This document shows, in pieces, positions 28,494-32,000 of a stretch of DNA of 32,000 bases; positions within the stretch are counted from its first letter, which is position 1, and every line of letters starts with the position of its first letter. The notes under the pieces are model-generated. The model had not been told where the DNA came from and did not search any database. It worked only from the letters and a program-made list of their open reading frames with translations. The stretch covers positions 90,001-122,000 of the forward strand of contig NZ_LN649255.1 of the NCBI RefSeq assembly GCF_000953295.1, given 5' to 3'. Both the position numbers and the translations under genes were made by a program. The DNA is from Candidatus Portiera aleyrodidarum. Lineage in GTDB: Bacteria > Pseudomonadota > Gammaproteobacteria > Johnevansiales > Johnevansiaceae.

Positions 28494-28673
28494 TTACTTT
28501 TCTCCTTTTATTTGCACAATTTTTTTTACTTTTCGCAACATCCCTCTAGTTTCTAGATTATCTTTTATTTCTACTGTTTTATTAATACCTTTTAAACCTA
28601 ATCCTTTTACGTTTGCTCTTTGTTTTTTTTTTCTTCCAATAATACTACGAATTTGAGTTACTTTTAATTTCAT
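28494..28673 (-). CDS. rpmD: 50S ribosomal protein L30
   Basis: Not in the ORF track (59 aa). The hand translation [59 protein letters not shown] matches E. coli [51 protein letters not shown]. The ATG shares one nt with the rpsE stop. Confidence 0.88.
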   Translation of the reverse strand: MKLKVTQIRSIIGRKKKQRANVKGLGLKGINKTVEIKDNLETRGMLRKVKKIVQIKGEK

Positions 28674-29185
28674 TATATTCTCCTATTTTTTATTACATTT
28701 ATATCTAATCCTCGTTTTTTTGCTATATATTCAGGATAATACATTTTTTCTAATCCTTTTAAAGTTGCTTTTACTACATTTATTGGATTAGTAGATCCAT
28801 AACATTTAGCTAATACATCATATATCCCTGCTAATTCCAATACTGCTCTCATTGCTCCGCCGGCAATAATTCCTGTTCCTTTATATGCTGGTTGCATAAA
28901 TATTTTAGAAGCTCCATAAATCTGATATATTTTATGTTGTAAAGTACGCCCATTTAATCTAATTTTTATTAACTTTCTCCTAGCTTTATCAATAGCTTTC
29001 TGAATTGCAAATGATACTTCCTTAGCTTTTCCACTTCCTAACCCAATTATTCCTTTTCCATTACCTATTACTACAGTAGCTGAAAATCCAAATATTCTTC
29101 CTCCTTTTACTACTTTAGAAACACGATTTATCTTTACTAATTTTTCTTTAAACTCATTTTGTTTTTTTTCTGTATTAATAACCAT
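28673..29185 (-). CDS. rpsE: 30S ribosomal protein S5
   Basis: 170 aa. [42 protein letters not shown] and [19 protein letters not shown] are present. Confidence 0.95.
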   Translation of the reverse strand: MVINTEKKQNEFKEKLVKINRVSKVVKGGRIFGFSATVVIGNGKGIIGLGSGKAKEVSFAIQKAIDKARRKLIKIRLNGRTLQHKIYQIYGASKIFMQPAYKGTGIIAGGAMRAVLELAGIYDVLAKCYGSTNPINVVKATLKGLEKMYYPEYIAKKRGLDINVIKNRRI

Positions 29186-29209
29186 TTTTTTAAACCTTAA
29201 AAACCTATC

Positions 29210-29569
29210 TTAAAATAATAACCCACCTTTCCGAGCTGCTTTTGCTAATGCTTTTACACGTCCATGATATTTAAATCCAGATCTATCAAAAGCTAATTTT
29301 TTATTAAACCCTATCCTTTTTGCACGGGTAGCTAACATTAATCCTACTTTTTTTGCTGCTTCCATTGGTTTTATATCTTTTATTTCTTTTTTTATATCTT
29401 TATCTAAAGTAGAAGCACTAACCAAGACGTTTTTACCATCTCCAGATATTATTTGTGCATATATATTTCTTGAAGTTCTATTAACACATATACGGTCAAT
29501 CATTTTTTTCCGTATTTTTAATCTTACTCTTTTTGCTCTATTTATACGAATTTCTTTTTTTAATTTCAT
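29210..29569 (-). CDS. rplR: 50S ribosomal protein L18
   Basis: 119 aa. R..RVR.KIR, R.CV.RTSRNIYAQII and the C-terminal FDRSGFKYHGRVKALAKAARKGGL.F are present. Confidence 0.93.
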   Translation of the reverse strand: MKLKKEIRINRAKRVRLKIRKKMIDRICVNRTSRNIYAQIISGDGKNVLVSASTLDKDIKKEIKDIKPMEAAKKVGLMLATRAKRIGFNKKLAFDRSGFKYHGRVKALAKAARKGGLLF

Positions 29570-29586
29570 ATTTTTAACTCTTGCTC

Positions 29587-30114
29587 TTATTTTTTCTTAA
29601 CTTCTTTATATCTAATCTTTTCTTGACTATAACGTATTCCTCTACCTTTATAAGGTTCAATAGGACGCAAAGCACGAATTTCTGCAGCAACTTTACCTAG
29701 TTTTTGTTTATCCGCACTTTTTAAAATTATAATAGTATTGCTAGGCGTTTCTGCTAATATATTTTTAGGTAATTTATATTCAAGAATATGTGAATAACCA
29801 AGCATTAAATTAATTTTTCGCCCATTTATTTTAGCTCTATATCCTACTCCATTAATTTCTAATTTTTTAGTAAATCCTTTATCTACCCCAATTATCATAT
29901 TATTTACTAAGGCTCTCATTGTACCTGCCATAATCCAATTGTTTTTAAACTTCGAATTAAATATTAATTTTTTATTTTCTTTTTTTATTAAAACTGATGT
30001 ATGTTTTTTTAAATATAATCTTCCATATTTCCCACTTATTACTATAATTTCTTTATCCAAATTTATCTCAACTTTATCAGGTATTTTAATTGGACATTTT
30101 GCTATTTTTGACAC
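29587..30114 (-). CDS. rplF: 50S ribosomal protein L6
   Basis: 175 aa. (M)SKIAKCPIKIP aligns with E. coli MSRVAKAPVVVP. GVGYRA and EPYKGRGIRYSQEKIRYKEVKKK also match. The start codon is GTG. Confidence 0.93.
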   Translation of the reverse strand: MSKIAKCPIKIPDKVEINLDKEIIVISGKYGRLYLKKHTSVLIKKENKKLIFNSKFKNNWIMAGTMRALVNNMIIGVDKGFTKKLEINGVGYRAKINGRKINLMLGYSHILEYKLPKNILAETPSNTIIILKSADKQKLGKVAAEIRALRPIEPYKGRGIRYSQEKIRYKEVKKK

Positions 30115-30143
30115 TTTTACTTTTCTCCTTTATACTGCCTTAA

Positions 30144-30527
30144 CTAAATTACTGTACAAATCACCTCGCCACCTATCCCTTTTTTTCTTGCTTCATAAGA
30201 TGTCATTACACCCCTTGACGTTGATATTATAGCGATACCCAACCCATTTTCGACTGTTATGAAGTTACCTTTTCCTTGATAAATACGTAAAGAAGGTTTA
30301 GAAATACGTTTTATTTTCTCTATTACAGGTTTTCCTTTAAAATATTTTAATTTAATTTTTATATTTTTCTCATCATCTTCATAATCTATAATATAACCTT
30401 CTTTTTTTAAAATTCTTGTTATCTCTAATTTTATTTTAGATTTTGGTATAAAAACTGTTTCCAGATAAGCTATTTGTGCATTCCGAATTCTTGTTAACAT
30501 ATCTGCTATAGTATCTTGCATATTCAT
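30144..30527 (-). CDS. rpsH: 30S ribosomal protein S8
   Basis: 127 aa. MNMQDTIADMLTRIRNAQ and GLGIAIISTSRGVMTSYEARKKGIGGEVICTVI are nearly identical in pattern to E. coli S8. Confidence 0.95.
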   Translation of the reverse strand: MNMQDTIADMLTRIRNAQIAYLETVFIPKSKIKLEITRILKKEGYIIDYEDDEKNIKIKLKYFKGKPVIEKIKRISKPSLRIYQGKGNFITVENGLGIAIISTSRGVMTSYEARKKGIGGEVICTVI

Positions 30528-30548
30528 TTTTTTATACTCCTATTTTTT

Positions 30549-30854
30549 TTACCAACTTGCTTTAGTTAAACCAGGTATATAGCCCATCATTGCAACTTCG
30601 CGTAGCTTGTTTCGGCACAAGCCAAATTTCTTATAATATCCTCTTGGTCTTCCTGTAATGCAACATCTATTTCTTTGTCTTATTGGATTTGAATCTTTTG
30701 GTAATTTTTGCAATTTTAGTTGTGCTTTAAATTTTTCTTCATCTGATGTTTTTATACTACTAATTATTTTTTTTAATTTCTTTCTACGTACTGAATATTT
30801 TTTTACTAGACGTCTTCTCTTAACTTCTCTTACTATAATACTCTTCTTTGCCAT
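30549..30854 (-). CDS. rpsN: 30S ribosomal protein S14 (long form)
   Basis: 101 aa. [13 protein letters not shown] and the C-terminal [34 protein letters not shown] are present. Confidence 0.93.
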   Translation of the reverse strand: MAKKSIIVREVKRRRLVKKYSVRRKKLKKIISSIKTSDEEKFKAQLKLQKLPKDSNPIRQRNRCCITGRPRGYYKKFGLCRNKLREVAMMGYIPGLTKASW

Positions 30855-30874
30855 AACAATCCCTCTTTCTTTTA

Positions 30875-31408
30875 TTATTTTTTAAATTTAAATTTTAACG
30901 CCCTAAGAAGCTCAAAACATTCTTTATCTCTTTTTGCTGTTGTTGTTATTGTAATATTCAAACCACGTATTCCACTTATTTTTTCATAATCAATTTCGGG
31001 AAATATTATTTGTTCCCGTAAACCTATTGTATAATTTCCTTTTCCATCAAAAGATTTTTTATTTAAACCACGGAAATCTCTTATTCTTGGAATAGCAATA
31101 TTCACTAATCTATCTAAAAATTCCCACATCCGTTTTCTTCTTAAAGTTACTTTAACTCCAATTGGAAGAGCCACACGTAGTTTAAAACTAGCGATAGATT
31201 TTCGTGCTTTTGTTCTTATTGGTTTCTGTCCTGTAATCAGTTTTAAATCATTTTCTGCATTTTCAATTATTTTTTTATCATTTACTGCTTTACCTAAACC
31301 CATATTTAAAGTAACTTTACTTATCTTTGGTATTTGCATTATATTCAAATAATTTAATTTTTTTTTTAATTTAATACTTATTATATTATATTTTTTTTTT
31401 AAATTCAT
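30875..31408 (-). CDS. rplE: 50S ribosomal protein L5
   Basis: 177 aa. [37 protein letters not shown] and [17 protein letters not shown] are present. Confidence 0.95.
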   Translation of the reverse strand: MNLKKKYNIISIKLKKKLNYLNIMQIPKISKVTLNMGLGKAVNDKKIIENAENDLKLITGQKPIRTKARKSIASFKLRVALPIGVKVTLRRKRMWEFLDRLVNIAIPRIRDFRGLNKKSFDGKGNYTIGLREQIIFPEIDYEKISGIRGLNITITTTAKRDKECFELLRALKFKFKK

Positions 31409-31707
31409 TTTATTGGCTTCTTATTTTTTTTATAACTTCGTATTTTAACACCATCTTTATTTTTTTTAATTATTTTATCAGCTTGCCCTGTTTCTACATT
31501 TAATATAGCTATATTTGAATAATTTATTGGTGCTTCTTTCTTTATTATACCTCCTAATTTTTTTCCTTTATTTTTTTTATGATACTTCCTTATATTTATC
31601 CCTCCAACCCAAACTTTATTATTTTTAATCCGTTCTACTTTTCCACATTTACCTTTTTCATTACCTGTTATTACTATTACTTCATCATTCCGTTTTATCT
31701 TATACAT
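31405..31707 (-). CDS. rplX: 50S ribosomal protein L24
   Basis: 100 aa. The KOW motif is [21 protein letters not shown]. Its position between rplN and rplE fits. It overlaps rplE by 4 nt. Confidence 0.92.
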   Translation of the reverse strand: MYKIKRNDEVIVITGNEKGKCGKVERIKNNKVWVGGINIRKYHKKNKGKKLGGIIKKEAPINYSNIAILNVETGQADKIIKKNKDGVKIRSYKKNKKPIK

Positions 31708-31725
31708 ACATCTTACTCTTATTTA

Positions 31726-32000
31726 TTATAAGACTTCATTTGCTAATGAAACTATCTTCATAAATTTACCCGTCCGCAATTCTCGTGTAACTGGTCCAAA
31801 AATTCTAGTCCCAACTGGTTGTTCTGTAGTATCGTTTAATAATACTACTGCATTACTATCAAACCTAATTATTGACCCATCCATACGTCTAATCCCATTT
31901 TTTGTACGGACAACTACAGCTTTCATTACTTGCCCTTTCTTTACTTTTCCTTTAGGTATAGCTTCTTTTACAGTTATTTTTATCAAATCACCTATTTTAG
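31726..32000 (-). CDS. rplN: 50S ribosomal protein L14 (C-terminal about 90 codons; the 5' end lies beyond the right edge of the window)
   Basis: [53 protein letters not shown]...[25 protein letters not shown] is colinear with E. coli L14 residues about 45-123. The frame stays open to position 32000. The M at 31986 in the track is an internal TTG. Confidence 0.93.
   Translation of the reverse strand, partial: KIGDLIKITVKEAIPKGKVKKGQVMKAVVVRTKNGIRRMDGSIIRFDSNAVVLLNDTTEQPVGTRIFGPVTRELRTGKFMKIVSLANEVL

Overview
This is a very AT-rich, gene-dense, almost single-stranded stretch, typical of a reduced-genome obligate (insect-type) bacterial endosymbiont. Only the rRNA genes have ordinary GC content. 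On the minus strand the left end holds part of an rRNA operon: 16S, tRNA-Ile(GAU) and the first ~176 nt of 23S. After that I count 42 protein genes, 40 on the minus strand and 2 (rsmD, a MarC-family gene) on the plus strand.

Gene order:
- trpS, rpmG, rpmB, rpoH, rsmD, lysS, prfB
- thrC, hom, rplS, rimM, rpsP, ilvC, ilvH, ilvI
- marC-like, clpB, rluD, lspA, ileS, rpsT, obg, rpmA, rplU, ssb
- the distal spc/alpha ribosomal block, in transcription order rplN to rplQ: rplN-rplX-rplE-rpsN-rpsH-rplF-rplR-rpsE-rpmD-rplO-secY-rpmJ-rpsM-rpsK-rpsD-rpoA-rplQ. rplN runs off the right edge.

Three short ribosomal protein genes missing from the ORF track (rpmG, rpmJ, rpmD) were recovered by hand translation. 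Many genes are joined by 1-nt or 4-nt overlaps (TAATG, ATGA, GTGA). Several use GTG or TTG starts. TGA is a genuine stop codon, so this is genetic code 11.

Every substantial ORF can be assigned to a well-known housekeeping or amino-acid-biosynthesis family. I see no mobile element, CRISPR array, defence locus, toxin-antitoxin pair or unknown-function gene cluster. I therefore do not find an undescribed multi-gene system here.

The observations most worth a second look:
1. An intact ClpB ORF has lost its N-domain, much of its M-domain, both Walker-B glutamates and both pore-loop tyrosines.
2. prfB retains its programmed +1 frameshift, which the ORF track splits.
3. Conserved neighbours have been excised cleanly: trmD, ftsYEX, pgeF and ribF.
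4. Several short exact tandem duplications sit on gene boundaries. One of them creates the rpsM stop codon.
5. A 23-bp long-range helix brackets the 16S rRNA.

The lineage guess is a Gammaproteobacterium with Pseudomonas/Oceanospirillales-like gene order. It rests on features recalled from memory and is low confidence.
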